Positions 10,613-19,291 of a stretch of DNA of 64,000 bases are shown here, piece by piece. A model generated the notes under the pieces. That model saw nothing but the letters and a program-made list of their open reading frames with translations, was not told where the DNA came from and ran no database searches. Origin of the DNA: an uncultured Gammaproteobacteria bacterium (GTDB taxonomy: Bacteria; Patescibacteriota; Patescibacteriia; CAYZDG01); assembly GCA_964536515.1 (NCBI GenBank), contig CAZHXI010000004.1, forward strand, positions 5,038 to 69,037, written 5' to 3'. Position numbers and translations under genes: made by a program. Positions within the stretch are counted from its first letter, which is position 1. Each line of letters begins with the position of its first letter.

Positions 10613-10996
10613 ATGACTATCAAAACTCTCCGCCGTCAGGCGATCGCCCTAGGCCTCAGCCTAGCGGCACTCGTGCCGTCGGTAGTCCTGGCGCAGGGTG
10701 ACGAGAACTTTGGTCTGAACCAAATCAGCACCAACCTCGGCACCAACTCGCTCCAGACGACCATTGGTATCTTCATCAACGTCGTCCTCGGCTTCCTCGG
10801 CATCGTAGCTTTCATCATTATCCTCCTCGGAGGCTTCAAGTGGATGACCTCGGGTGGCGATGAGGACAAGATCGGCGAGGCCAAGAAGCTGATGGGCGCC
10901 GGCGTCGTCGGTATGGCCATCGTGCTCGCCTCGTGGGCAATTGCCAGCTTCGTTATCACCCAGCTGTCTCTCGGCACTGGCGTTAACCAGGGCTAG
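10613..10996 (+). CDS. CPR-type TrbC/VirB2-like pilin, probable major subunit
   Basis: GGFKWMTSGGDEDKIGEAKKLMGAGVVG; strong SD (AAAGGGGGTGA) and its own leader. Confidence 0.88.
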   Translation: MTIKTLRRQAIALGLSLAALVPSVVLAQGDENFGLNQISTNLGTNSLQTTIGIFINVVLGFLGIVAFIIILLGGFKWMTSGGDEDKIGEAKKLMGAGVVGMAIVLASWAIASFVITQLSLGTGVNQG

Positions 10997-11014
10997 TTTT
11001 TCCTGTTTACACCT

Positions 11015-11040
11015 CAGCGGGGGCCGACCGGCCCCCGCTG
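11015..11040. terminator. Hairpin between convergent genes
   Basis: CAGCGGGGGCCG-AC-CGGCCCCCGCTG. Confidence 0.65.
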
Positions 11041-11059
11041 TGCTGCTCCCGGGCGGCAG

Positions 11060-12643
11060 CTACGGCCCCACCTCGAACACGCGCACCGAGCCGAAGGATG
11101 CTGCCTGCGCCATGAAGGGCGGGGCGATCCACGTCGGGTCTGTAGAAATTACATACCTCACGCGTGCCCCAAAGCTCTCTAGCCAGGCACCCCGAGACCC
11201 GTCGGGTAGCAGCGAACCTCCGAACAGCTTGGCCACGGCCACCGACCTCTCGTAAAAATTTCGAGAGAGGTGGGGGTGAGCAGCGTCGGTGCTACACTGC
11301 GGCGTTAGGTAGGGCACCCAGAGCCGCAGGAAAACCCTGTCGGCTAGCGCCGCCTCTCCCGCGGCGCAGCGGCCACCGACCCACCCGACGGCGGCTGCCT
11401 CGTCCAGCGTTACCGTGGTCGCCTGCGTCCGCCAGTTAGCCAGCCTGTCTACCTGCGCCGCAGACCTGAGCAGGGGGGTAAGCGACAGCGACGCAGCCAG
11501 TGCCGCAGCTACGGTATATCGGAGCGCGCGCCACCCCGTCGCCCAGCTAGCCCACCCCACGGCTGCAGCTAGCCCCACGGGAACGTAGTAGCCGTCTAGG
11601 AACCGGCGCTGGAACGGCACCGGTAGGTACGCCATTGCCACCGGCAGCGCCAGCCACACCAGCAGCAGCCGCGAAGCTGCATCCACCCTCCAGCGTCGCC
11701 ACAGGGTACGCACGCCCAGGGTGGCCAGCGGCACGAGCGGCAGGTACCCGAGCAGGAGACCGAGCAAATTAGGCGAGGGTATTACGTTCTGGCTATACCA
11801 GCTGGAGAGCCCCGAATCACGGCCCATGCTCCACCAGTAGTAAGCGGCGGCAAGAGCCTCACCCGCTACGGCAGCTGCGGGCATTACCCACGTCGAGAGC
11901 TTAGGCGACCCGGTAGCTGCCCAGCTGGCGAGCGGTAGGGCGACGGCGGCAGCTACCACCAGGGCGATGCCGTACGGGTGAAGAATGCCCAGGGTCAGCG
12001 CGAGCGCGAACGCGAGCGTGGCGGCAACCGGCCCGGGCCGCCTGAGCATCAACGAGAGCAGGCCGAGCAGCATCAGCGTGGCGGCGAAGGGGTGCGAAGA
12101 CGAGGCGAGTACGCCGCTCCACGTCGGGCCGGCGTAGAACCAGTCTGGAAAGAAGCCCCTGAGCGCAGGCTCGAGCTCAGGCTTCGACATCCAGGCGAGC
12201 CCGCCCACCCAGCCGACGCCGCCGGCAGCCGCAACGAAGGTGGCAGCTGCGATTTTACCCCGTGGGCCGACTACGACCGCGGCGAAGGCGTAGGCTCCGA
12301 AGAGCAGCGCGGAGCCCAGCAGCAACGTGGCCGCCAGGTACACGGCTACGGTCGAGGCGTTGAGCAGGCGGCCGATGGTCCCCAGCGCAGCCCAGTAGGG
12401 CATCAGCAGCGGCGCGGACGGCTCTGGGCTGAACCTGTTATCCAAAAGCAGCGAAGGGTTCCGCCTAGCCTGCTCCATGAGCGACATGTAGAACGGCGTA
12501 TCCTGGACATTGTAGTAGCCGACCGTCGGCGGCGGCGCGCCACGATCCCATGCCAGCAGCGCCGCCACGGTCGGCCCCTGGGTAACGGCGAAGCCGGCAA
12601 CGGCAATTGCCCCTACGGCTAGCCACCCACCCAGCCTGGTCAT
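11060..12643 (-). CDS. Polytopic membrane protein, GT-C glycosyltransferase-like
   Basis: N-terminal loop DTPFY after TM1, many TM helices, FQRRF, soluble C-terminus. Confidence 0.6.
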   Translation of the reverse strand: MTRLGGWLAVGAIAVAGFAVTQGPTVAALLAWDRGAPPPTVGYYNVQDTPFYMSLMEQARRNPSLLLDNRFSPEPSAPLLMPYWAALGTIGRLLNASTVAVYLAATLLLGSALLFGAYAFAAVVVGPRGKIAAATFVAAAGGVGWVGGLAWMSKPELEPALRGFFPDWFYAGPTWSGVLASSSHPFAATLMLLGLLSLMLRRPGPVAATLAFALALTLGILHPYGIALVVAAAVALPLASWAATGSPKLSTWVMPAAAVAGEALAAAYYWWSMGRDSGLSSWYSQNVIPSPNLLGLLLGYLPLVPLATLGVRTLWRRWRVDAASRLLLVWLALPVAMAYLPVPFQRRFLDGYYVPVGLAAAVGWASWATGWRALRYTVAAALAASLSLTPLLRSAAQVDRLANWRTQATTVTLDEAAAVGWVGGRCAAGEAALADRVFLRLWVPYLTPQCSTDAAHPHLSRNFYERSVAVAKLFGGSLLPDGSRGAWLESFGARVRYVISTDPTWIAPPFMAQAASFGSVRVFEVGP

Positions 12644-12663
12644 GGGCCTCGTGCCTCAGCCTG

Positions 12664-13608
12664 TTAGCGCTGGCCGGTCTTACCCCGGTCAGGCACGAAC
12701 CGCTCCGCTACCCAGTAGGCAGCTGCGGCTACGGCGGCGCCACCGACGATATCGATTAGGTAGTGCCACCCCAGGTAGACGCTGTCTACCAGGAACCAGG
12801 CAATGGTTGCCCAGTACCACCACACCAGCCACGACCTGGTTCGGTACGCGAATACCAGGAAGAGTATGGCGAACCCGAAGTGCATGCTCGGCATAGCGCC
12901 GAGAGAGGCAGCGAAGTACCCGGGGGGTAGGGAGCCCGAAGCCCGCACGGAACGGTACATTTCCAGCATCGTCTGCTGCACGTGAACCAGCCCCTCCCCG
13001 GCGAAGCTGCGGTACACGAACGGCCCCACGGCGGGGGCGACCCAGTAGCTTACACCCCCAATGAGCAGGGCTGCGCAAATGCAAACCAGCAGCCGCTGCT
13101 GCTGCGCTGCGGTACCGGCGGCGCCGTACACGATTAGGGCAGCCAGGAACATTAGGGCGAACGCTACGTAGTAGACCGGGTCTAGGTTCACCGAGGTGTG
13201 GGCGTCTAGCCAGCTCCGCGCCGCAATGATGCCATCCCGCAGCGGCCACAGCCAGTCGTCTATGCGCTGGTATACCGAGTCGTACTCGCGGGGGTTAACC
13301 AGGGGGCTCCACGATTTGAACTGGTAGTACAGGTAGACCGCAACGGCAATCGTCGGCAGCGCCCAAATCATTAGGTAGACCGGCGCTCCCCTGCGGTAGT
13401 ACCGAATTAGCCCCAGCAGCACCAGCTGGGCGAGAGCGACCGCGAAGAAGGGCAAGATGTAGGCAGAGAACACGACCTGCCCTGCCACGGGCTGAATAGC
13501 CGGCAGTCCCGCGGCAATACCCGCACCCCAAACGGCGGCACCAACGCTGAGCACCCGCACCTCAACGGGTACCCGGCGGCAGAGCCTAAGGACGTCAGCG
13601 AACCTCAT
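12664..13608 (-). CDS. PAP2-family (Aur1/inositol-phosphorylceramide synthase-like) membrane phosphotransferase
   Basis: PAVGP, AMPSMH and HYLIDIVGG motifs. Confidence 0.8.
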   Translation of the reverse strand: MRFADVLRLCRRVPVEVRVLSVGAAVWGAGIAAGLPAIQPVAGQVVFSAYILPFFAVALAQLVLLGLIRYYRRGAPVYLMIWALPTIAVAVYLYYQFKSWSPLVNPREYDSVYQRIDDWLWPLRDGIIAARSWLDAHTSVNLDPVYYVAFALMFLAALIVYGAAGTAAQQQRLLVCICAALLIGGVSYWVAPAVGPFVYRSFAGEGLVHVQQTMLEMYRSVRASGSLPPGYFAASLGAMPSMHFGFAILFLVFAYRTRSWLVWWYWATIAWFLVDSVYLGWHYLIDIVGGAAVAAAAYWVAERFVPDRGKTGQR

Positions 13609-15109
13609 ACACCTGTACCCTGGGGTCGCGGTAGACGTTGACGGCCCTCGGCTCAGCCGCCAGGGCAGGTGCCGTGCTCGTATTGTTCTCGGTCACCACC
13701 ACGTAACGGGCGCCAAAGTCGGCTGCAATAGTCTGCACCAACTCTGGCCCGCTCAGCTCACCGAGGGCAATACGCTGGTAGCGTTCGGCGAGCATTGGGT
13801 ACGGCCGGTACATGAACCGCATATCTAAACCTGCGGTGTAGCGTAGGTCGCTGCGGCAGCTGTACAGCAGGGGCCACTCGCCCCAGTTCACGTTGAAAAC
13901 CATTGTGCCCGGATCAACGTTCTGACGCAGCCAGGCGCACGCTCCGCCCAGCCCGGATGCCGGGAAGAGCCTATTCAGCTCGTGCCGGGTGAACAGCGCC
14001 CCCGGCAGCAGGCCTACCGCCACCGCTGCCGCCGCCAGAGAGACCAGCACCCTGCCCCACCGCTCGCCCCACCAGGTCCGCACTGCGTTGGCCGCACGCT
14101 CCAGCGGCACCGCGGCAACGAAGGCGAGGGCGATGAGCGGAGTGGCGTACTCAACGTACCGCCGCGTCTTCACCGTGGCAGCTAGGGCGCACAGGGCAAC
14201 GGCTGTCAGCCCTACCGAATACCGGCGACGCGGCGAAAGGATCGCGCCCGCGATCGCCGCCGCCATGAGGACGAACGGTACCGCGGCGTGCCTCAGCAGC
14301 CAGGTAGCGCTCGCCGGTAGCCACTCCGATGCCACGCCGATGCCGCCCTGGTTGGCAACGCCAATGGCGATGAACTGGGTTACGAACTGGGCAACGTTCT
14401 CGGGAAAGCTTGGGTTCACCACGAAGCCGATAGCCGCCCCAGCCCAGGCTGCCGCCGCGGCTACCGCTCTGCGTCGCTCCCCCGCGCCGCGCGTCGCTAC
14501 CCAGTCAGCCGCCAGCATAGCCGTTACGATGAGCGGCAGCATGGCGAAACCAATGTAGGCGTAGGTGAAGGCGAGGGAGAGCATGGCGAGCGCCAGCGGC
14601 CTCCGACGCACGGCCAGAACAACGCCCCAGAGGATTACGGCGATCGCGAGCGGGGTTACCTTTACCAGGCCGAGCCTGTACAGCCACGCCGGCGTGGCCA
14701 GGGCTGCCGCAACGGCTACCCAGGCATAACGCACACCCAGCGAACGGGCGGCGGCGTACAGCGCGCCCACGGCCACGCCGCCGAGCAGCGCGCTCGCCAG
14801 CTTCAAGCCGAGGGGTACACCCAGCAATGCCACGAAGGGCGCCAGCACGTAGTGGTACAGCAGGTGCTGGTCGAAGAACTGCGTACGCAGCTCGGTGAAC
14901 CACGCCTGCGGCAGCGCCGTGGGAATCTCACCACGCCAGGCAGCCTGCGCCATGGCGCCGTGGTAGTACGCGTCGGGATCGGGGAACGTCGTAACGCTAT
15001 GCAGCCAACCGAACACGGCGAAGCCAACCAGGCCAGCCGCCAGCCAGCCCCTACGGGACGCCCACGTCAGCGCCGTCGCCCCTACCCGCGCTGCTGCTCC
15101 TTCAGCCAT
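13595..15109 (-). CDS. Polytopic membrane protein, GT-C/STT3-like
   Basis: DPDAYYH after TM1, many TM helices, C-terminal W..G..L and GLD(M)R. Confidence 0.6.
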   Translation of the reverse strand: MAEGAAARVGATALTWASRRGWLAAGLVGFAVFGWLHSVTTFPDPDAYYHGAMAQAAWRGEIPTALPQAWFTELRTQFFDQHLLYHYVLAPFVALLGVPLGLKLASALLGGVAVGALYAAARSLGVRYAWVAVAAALATPAWLYRLGLVKVTPLAIAVILWGVVLAVRRRPLALAMLSLAFTYAYIGFAMLPLIVTAMLAADWVATRGAGERRRAVAAAAAWAGAAIGFVVNPSFPENVAQFVTQFIAIGVANQGGIGVASEWLPASATWLLRHAAVPFVLMAAAIAGAILSPRRRYSVGLTAVALCALAATVKTRRYVEYATPLIALAFVAAVPLERAANAVRTWWGERWGRVLVSLAAAAVAVGLLPGALFTRHELNRLFPASGLGGACAWLRQNVDPGTMVFNVNWGEWPLLYSCRSDLRYTAGLDMRFMYRPYPMLAERYQRIALGELSGPELVQTIAADFGARYVVVTENNTSTAPALAAEPRAVNVYRDPRVQVYEVR

Positions 15110-16083
15110 TTTACCCACGGCACCGCCAGTGGCTCGGTGCCCGTGCTAGCTGCCAGCTGGATGCTTAGCTGCGTTCCCCAGCTCACCGCCGATAGCGCGG
15201 CGGCCAGTGGCTCACCGGGGCAAACCCGCTCCACCACCGTGAACTTCCTACGCTTCAGAATTTGCAGCGTCGCCCGGTACTGGTTAGCCAATGGACGCGC
15301 CATCTTCTCGGGTGAGAATACGAGGAAGGCGAGGCTCCGGCGTAGGTCCTTCGGCTGGGCGAGGCCCTCCAGCAGGTGGTGGTCTAGCTCGGGGAGGCTG
15401 AACGGCGCCGCGAACGCCTTGGCGTTCTCGTTGATGCAGTTCGCCACGGCGTGCGCGGCGCCGGCGAGACCCTGCGCCCCGACTACCGCAATCGCCTTCC
15501 CCACGAGGGCACGCACCGGTGGCTTAGCTACAGCCGCAGCTCGCTGCTTCGCCGCGGCCGCTACCGTGGGCTCCACTCCGGCGATTGCTCCCGCCTCCTG
15601 CAGTATTCGCAGCAGAGATCCGATGCTGAAGCCCAAGCCGAGGCGTGGCTGCCGTGATGGGTTTAGCTCTGAATCGCTGATCGCAACGAAGGGCGCCTTC
15701 GCAGACCGCGCCGCGGCAATGAGCTTACCTCCCGTGGCAATGGCGACGACCCTCGCTCCACGCTCACGCGCTGCGCGGAAACAGGCCAGCGTCTCCTGTG
15801 TGTTGCCCGAGTAGCTGACGCATACCACGGCCGTCTGCCTGCCGACCCAGCCCGGAACAGCGTACCCGCGTTCGATTGCCACCGGTTTCCGCAGCCTCGC
15901 CGACAGCGCGGCTACCACAATGTCTGCCCCGAGCGCAGAGCCGCCCATGCCGCAGACCAGAACGCTCTTCGCCGCGACGAGGCTTGCGCCGCTGCCGGCA
16001 GCTAGCTGCCAGCCATTCGCTACCTGGCGCCCCAGGTTGAGCGCGGAGATCCGCGCCAGTGCAACGCCGTCGGTCTTAGCCAT
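15082..16083 (-). CDS. Bifunctional phosphoglucose/phosphomannose isomerase (SIS domain)
   Basis: GMGGSA, SYSGNTQETL, QPR, NENAK and PELDHH. Confidence 0.9.
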   Translation of the reverse strand: MAKTDGVALARISALNLGRQVANGWQLAAGSGASLVAAKSVLVCGMGGSALGADIVVAALSARLRKPVAIERGYAVPGWVGRQTAVVCVSYSGNTQETLACFRAARERGARVVAIATGGKLIAAARSAKAPFVAISDSELNPSRQPRLGLGFSIGSLLRILQEAGAIAGVEPTVAAAAKQRAAAVAKPPVRALVGKAIAVVGAQGLAGAAHAVANCINENAKAFAAPFSLPELDHHLLEGLAQPKDLRRSLAFLVFSPEKMARPLANQYRATLQILKRRKFTVVERVCPGEPLAAALSAVSWGTQLSIQLAASTGTEPLAVPWVKWLKEQQRG

Positions 16084-16182
16084 AACCCCCAGGATACCAC
16101 CGGATAGCACGGGCAGCCACAGCTTGCCTGGGTCGCCCCCGCTGGGTAGGATGGTGGCCTAGGAATCTGTGACGAGACCCAT

Positions 16183-16908
16183 ATGTCAGGACACTCGAAG
16201 TGGGCTACCACGAAACGCCAGAAGGAGGTCGCAGACGGCCGCCGGGCAAAGGTCTTCACCAAGATCAGCAACGCCATTTCGGTGGCTGCGCGCGGCGGGG
16301 CTGACCCCGCCATGAACGCCAAGCTGCGCATGGCGATCGACCAGGCCAAAGCGGTCCGCATGCCCAAGGAGAACATCGAGCGCGCCGTTGCCCGAGGAGC
16401 TGGGGGCGTCGGCGGCGCCCAGCTAGAGTCGATAACCTACGAGGGCTTCGCCCCCGGAGGGGTCGGCATCATCGCCGAGGCGGTAACCGATAACCGCAAC
16501 CGGACGGCGGCGGCGGTCAAGCACGTCTTCACCAAGTTCGGCGGCAACCTGGGCGCCGCGGGCAGCGTAACGTGGCAGTTCGACTACCGCGGCGCTACCT
16601 ACTGGCCAGCCTCACCGGAGGATGGCGCCCCCGCGCCGACGCTAACCGAGAGCCAGGAAATGGCGCTAATTTCGGCGGGAGCCTCCGATATTCAAACCGG
16701 CGCCGGGCAGGTCGTAATCTACAGCGAGGTTGCCGATACCGACGCCGTCCGTAGCGCCGCAGCGGCCCTGGGAGAGACCAGGACGGGGCTGGAGTGGGTG
16801 CCGCGGGAGCTGGTAACCCCCGAGAACCCAGAGGCCGTTACGCAGCTACTGGAAGCCCTAGACGACGAGGACGACATCGGCGCCGTCTACACCAATGCCA
16901 GCGTCTAG
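16183..16908 (+). CDS. yebC: YebC/PmpR family protein
   Basis: MSGHSKWAT, YEG..PGG..TDNRNRT. Confidence 0.96.
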   Translation: MSGHSKWATTKRQKEVADGRRAKVFTKISNAISVAARGGADPAMNAKLRMAIDQAKAVRMPKENIERAVARGAGGVGGAQLESITYEGFAPGGVGIIAEAVTDNRNRTAAAVKHVFTKFGGNLGAAGSVTWQFDYRGATYWPASPEDGAPAPTLTESQEMALISAGASDIQTGAGQVVIYSEVADTDAVRSAAAALGETRTGLEWVPRELVTPENPEAVTQLLEALDDEDDIGAVYTNASV

Positions 16909-17383
16909 TGCGGTGCGGGTTCTGGGGCTCGATCCCGGCTTGGGAACCACCGGCTACGGCGTAATCGAGGCCAGCGGCAGCAAGCTGAGCTGCCTTACGT
17001 TCGGAGCAATTCGCACCCAGCCGGGCGACCCGGTGCCTCACCGGCTCGCGACCATTGCCGCGGAGATTGAATCCCTGCTTGCGGCATGGAAGCCAGACAT
17101 TGTCGGCATCGAACGCCTCGCCGTCGGCAGGAACCTGCCCACGGTCCTGGACGTTGCCCAGGCACGGGGCGTGCTGCTCGCCGCCTGCGCCGCCGCCGGG
17201 AGGATTCCCATTGAGGTAACGGCGAGCCAGGTTAAAGCCGGGGTCACCGGCTTCGGCGGAGCCGACAAGGGGCAGGTGTCCCGCCTCGTGAAAGCCCAGC
17301 TCGGAATCGTCGGCTCGGTTACGCCCGACGACGCCGCCGACGCCCTAGCCGTGGCGCTCGCCTGCTCCAGCCGTCGCCCCTAG
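16895..17383 (+). CDS. ruvC: Holliday junction resolvase RuvC
   Basis: LGLDPG..TGYG, QARG, G.ADK.QV, DDAADALAVA. Confidence 0.95.
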   Translation: MPASSAVRVLGLDPGLGTTGYGVIEASGSKLSCLTFGAIRTQPGDPVPHRLATIAAEIESLLAAWKPDIVGIERLAVGRNLPTVLDVAQARGVLLAACAAAGRIPIEVTASQVKAGVTGFGGADKGQVSRLVKAQLGIVGSVTPDDAADALAVALACSSRRP

Positions 17384-17997
17384 GCTCGGCGGAGGAGCTT
17401 CGGCTTCACCTCGATCGCCGCTATCGTCTTGTTGAAGTCACGGCGTAGCTCCTCCAGCAGGGGGCAGTGCGGCCAAGCCAACGCGATGCGGTGGTACACG
17501 CGACGGTAGAACTCCAGCCGCTGCTCGCGGGTACTCTGGGGCGCGAACCCCTTCCACAGCTGCTCGCCGTCTACCAGGTATGCGCTCCGCATTGCCCGAA
17601 GGTTCGCGATCTTGTCCGCAGCTGCAATCAGCAGCGCGGGGTGGCTAACCTGCGCCAGGCTATCCAGGTAAGCCTCCTTGCGCATCGCCCAGCTCATCTC
17701 GCCGCGCGGCTCGCTCACCTCTCTGACGAGCCTTAGGACAGCTGCTCCGAACTCTCGGCGCAGCTGCTCGTAGCCGTAGCTGGTGTCCTCTAGGATATCG
17801 TGGAGCAGCGCGGCGGCCAGCACGTCGCTGCTGTCGGTGTACCGAGACACGATGAGCGCCACCGAGACGGGGTGCACGATGTAGGGCGTCTTGGCGCTAT
17901 CCTTGCGGGTCTGCCCCTCGTGGGCCTTCAGGGCCACGTACAGGGCGTACTCGACCACCGGAATGGGCTGCTTCGGTTTCTTCTTGGTCTCGCTCAT
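17380..17997 (-). CDS. HD-domain hydrolase, RelA/SpoT/Mesh1-type small alarmone hydrolase-like
   Basis: H.GQ.RK, PYIVHP, ALLHDILEDT, ADKIAN. Confidence 0.85.
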   Translation of the reverse strand: MSETKKKPKQPIPVVEYALYVALKAHEGQTRKDSAKTPYIVHPVSVALIVSRYTDSSDVLAAALLHDILEDTSYGYEQLRREFGAAVLRLVREVSEPRGEMSWAMRKEAYLDSLAQVSHPALLIAAADKIANLRAMRSAYLVDGEQLWKGFAPQSTREQRLEFYRRVYHRIALAWPHCPLLEELRRDFNKTIAAIEVKPKLLRRA

Positions 17998-18004
17998 AGG
18001 CGTT

Positions 18005-18029
18005 ACAAAATCCCCGGCTCCGGGGATTT
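18005..18029 (-). terminator. Hairpin after tyrS
   Basis: AAATCCCCGG-CT-CCGGGGATTT. Confidence 0.55.
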
Positions 18030-18061
18030 CCTATACTACCACGTCTGCTCCTCCCCGTCCG

Positions 18062-19258
18062 CTACACCAGCCTGCAGAACTTCCTGGGTCCAACCTTGAG
18101 CACCGCGCCACCGGCGGCCACCTCGTGCTTCACGTCGGCGACCAGGTCTCCGTTGAGCTTAACGCCGCCCTGCTCAATCAGCCGCCGCGCCTCGCTCTTG
18201 GAGGTCGCCAGCCCGGCGCCAACCATTACGTCCACGAGGGGGGCCGGGGTGGCAGCTAGCTTGAACTCGGGCATCTCCTCGGGGTTCTCGCCGCGGCTAT
18301 GGACGCCGTCGAACCGCTCCGCCGCAGACTTAGCCGCCGCCTCGCCGTGGATGGTCGCCGTCACAGCGGTGGCCATGGCCGCCTTGACTGCCTTCGGGTT
18401 GTCTCCGGCCTGGAGCCTCGCCGCGTACGCCCCAACCTCGTCCAGCGGCATGGGGGTCAGCAGCGTGAGGTACTTCACTATCAGCTCGTCGGGGACGCTC
18501 ATTAGCTTCCCGAACATCGAGGGCGCCGGCTCATTGATCGCGATGTAGTTGCCGTAGCTCTTGCCCATCTTGCGGACGCCGTCGGTTCCCTCCAGCAGCG
18601 GCGTAGCCATCACGTCCTGCACGCCGCCCCCCAGGCGCTTCTGCACCTTGCGTCCCATGAGCATATTGAAGAGCTGGTCGCTGCCGCCCATCTCTACGTC
18701 GGCGTGCAGCTCGTACGAGTCGTAGCCCTGCAGCATGGGGTAGGCTAGCTCGAGCATGCTGAGCTCTCCCCCGCCCGCCATGCGCTTGGCGAAGTCGTCC
18801 CGCTCCAGAACGCGCGACACGGTGAACTTTCCGTACAGCTCCAGCAGCTGCGCCAACGACCAGCGACTGTACCACTCGCCGTTGCGTCGAACCTCGACCT
18901 TCGACATGTCTACAATCGTCCCCGCCTGCTGCTGGTAGCTCTGCCAGTTCTCCTCTACCTGCTGCGGCGACAGCATGGGGCGGGCGTCGTTACGGCCCGA
19001 GGGGTCGCCGATGGTGGCGGTGAAGTCCCCAATCAGCAGAATTACCCTGTGGCCGAGCTGCTGCCACTGCGCCAGCTTGCGCAGCACCACGGCGTGCCCG
19101 AGGTGCAGGTCGGGGGCGGTCGGGTCTACCCCGAACTTGATGCGCAGCTGCTCGCCGCCCTCCAGGCGGCTACGGAGGTGGTCAGCCACCTCTACAGTTT
19201 CCACCCCACGGGTGAGGAGCTCGTCTATGGCAGCCCTGTTCGCTGCGGTGGTGGCCAT
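18062..19258 (-). CDS. tyrS: Tyrosine--tRNA ligase
   Basis: GVDPTAPDLHLGH, YPMLQGYD, KMGKS and C-terminal S4 domain. Confidence 0.97.
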   Translation of the reverse strand: MATTAANRAAIDELLTRGVETVEVADHLRSRLEGGEQLRIKFGVDPTAPDLHLGHAVVLRKLAQWQQLGHRVILLIGDFTATIGDPSGRNDARPMLSPQQVEENWQSYQQQAGTIVDMSKVEVRRNGEWYSRWSLAQLLELYGKFTVSRVLERDDFAKRMAGGGELSMLELAYPMLQGYDSYELHADVEMGGSDQLFNMLMGRKVQKRLGGGVQDVMATPLLEGTDGVRKMGKSYGNYIAINEPAPSMFGKLMSVPDELIVKYLTLLTPMPLDEVGAYAARLQAGDNPKAVKAAMATAVTATIHGEAAAKSAAERFDGVHSRGENPEEMPEFKLAATPAPLVDVMVGAGLATSKSEARRLIEQGGVKLNGDLVADVKHEVAAGGAVLKVGPRKFCRLV

Positions 19259-19291
19259 ACGGTTTAACGTTTACACTGTACAGGCCAAACT

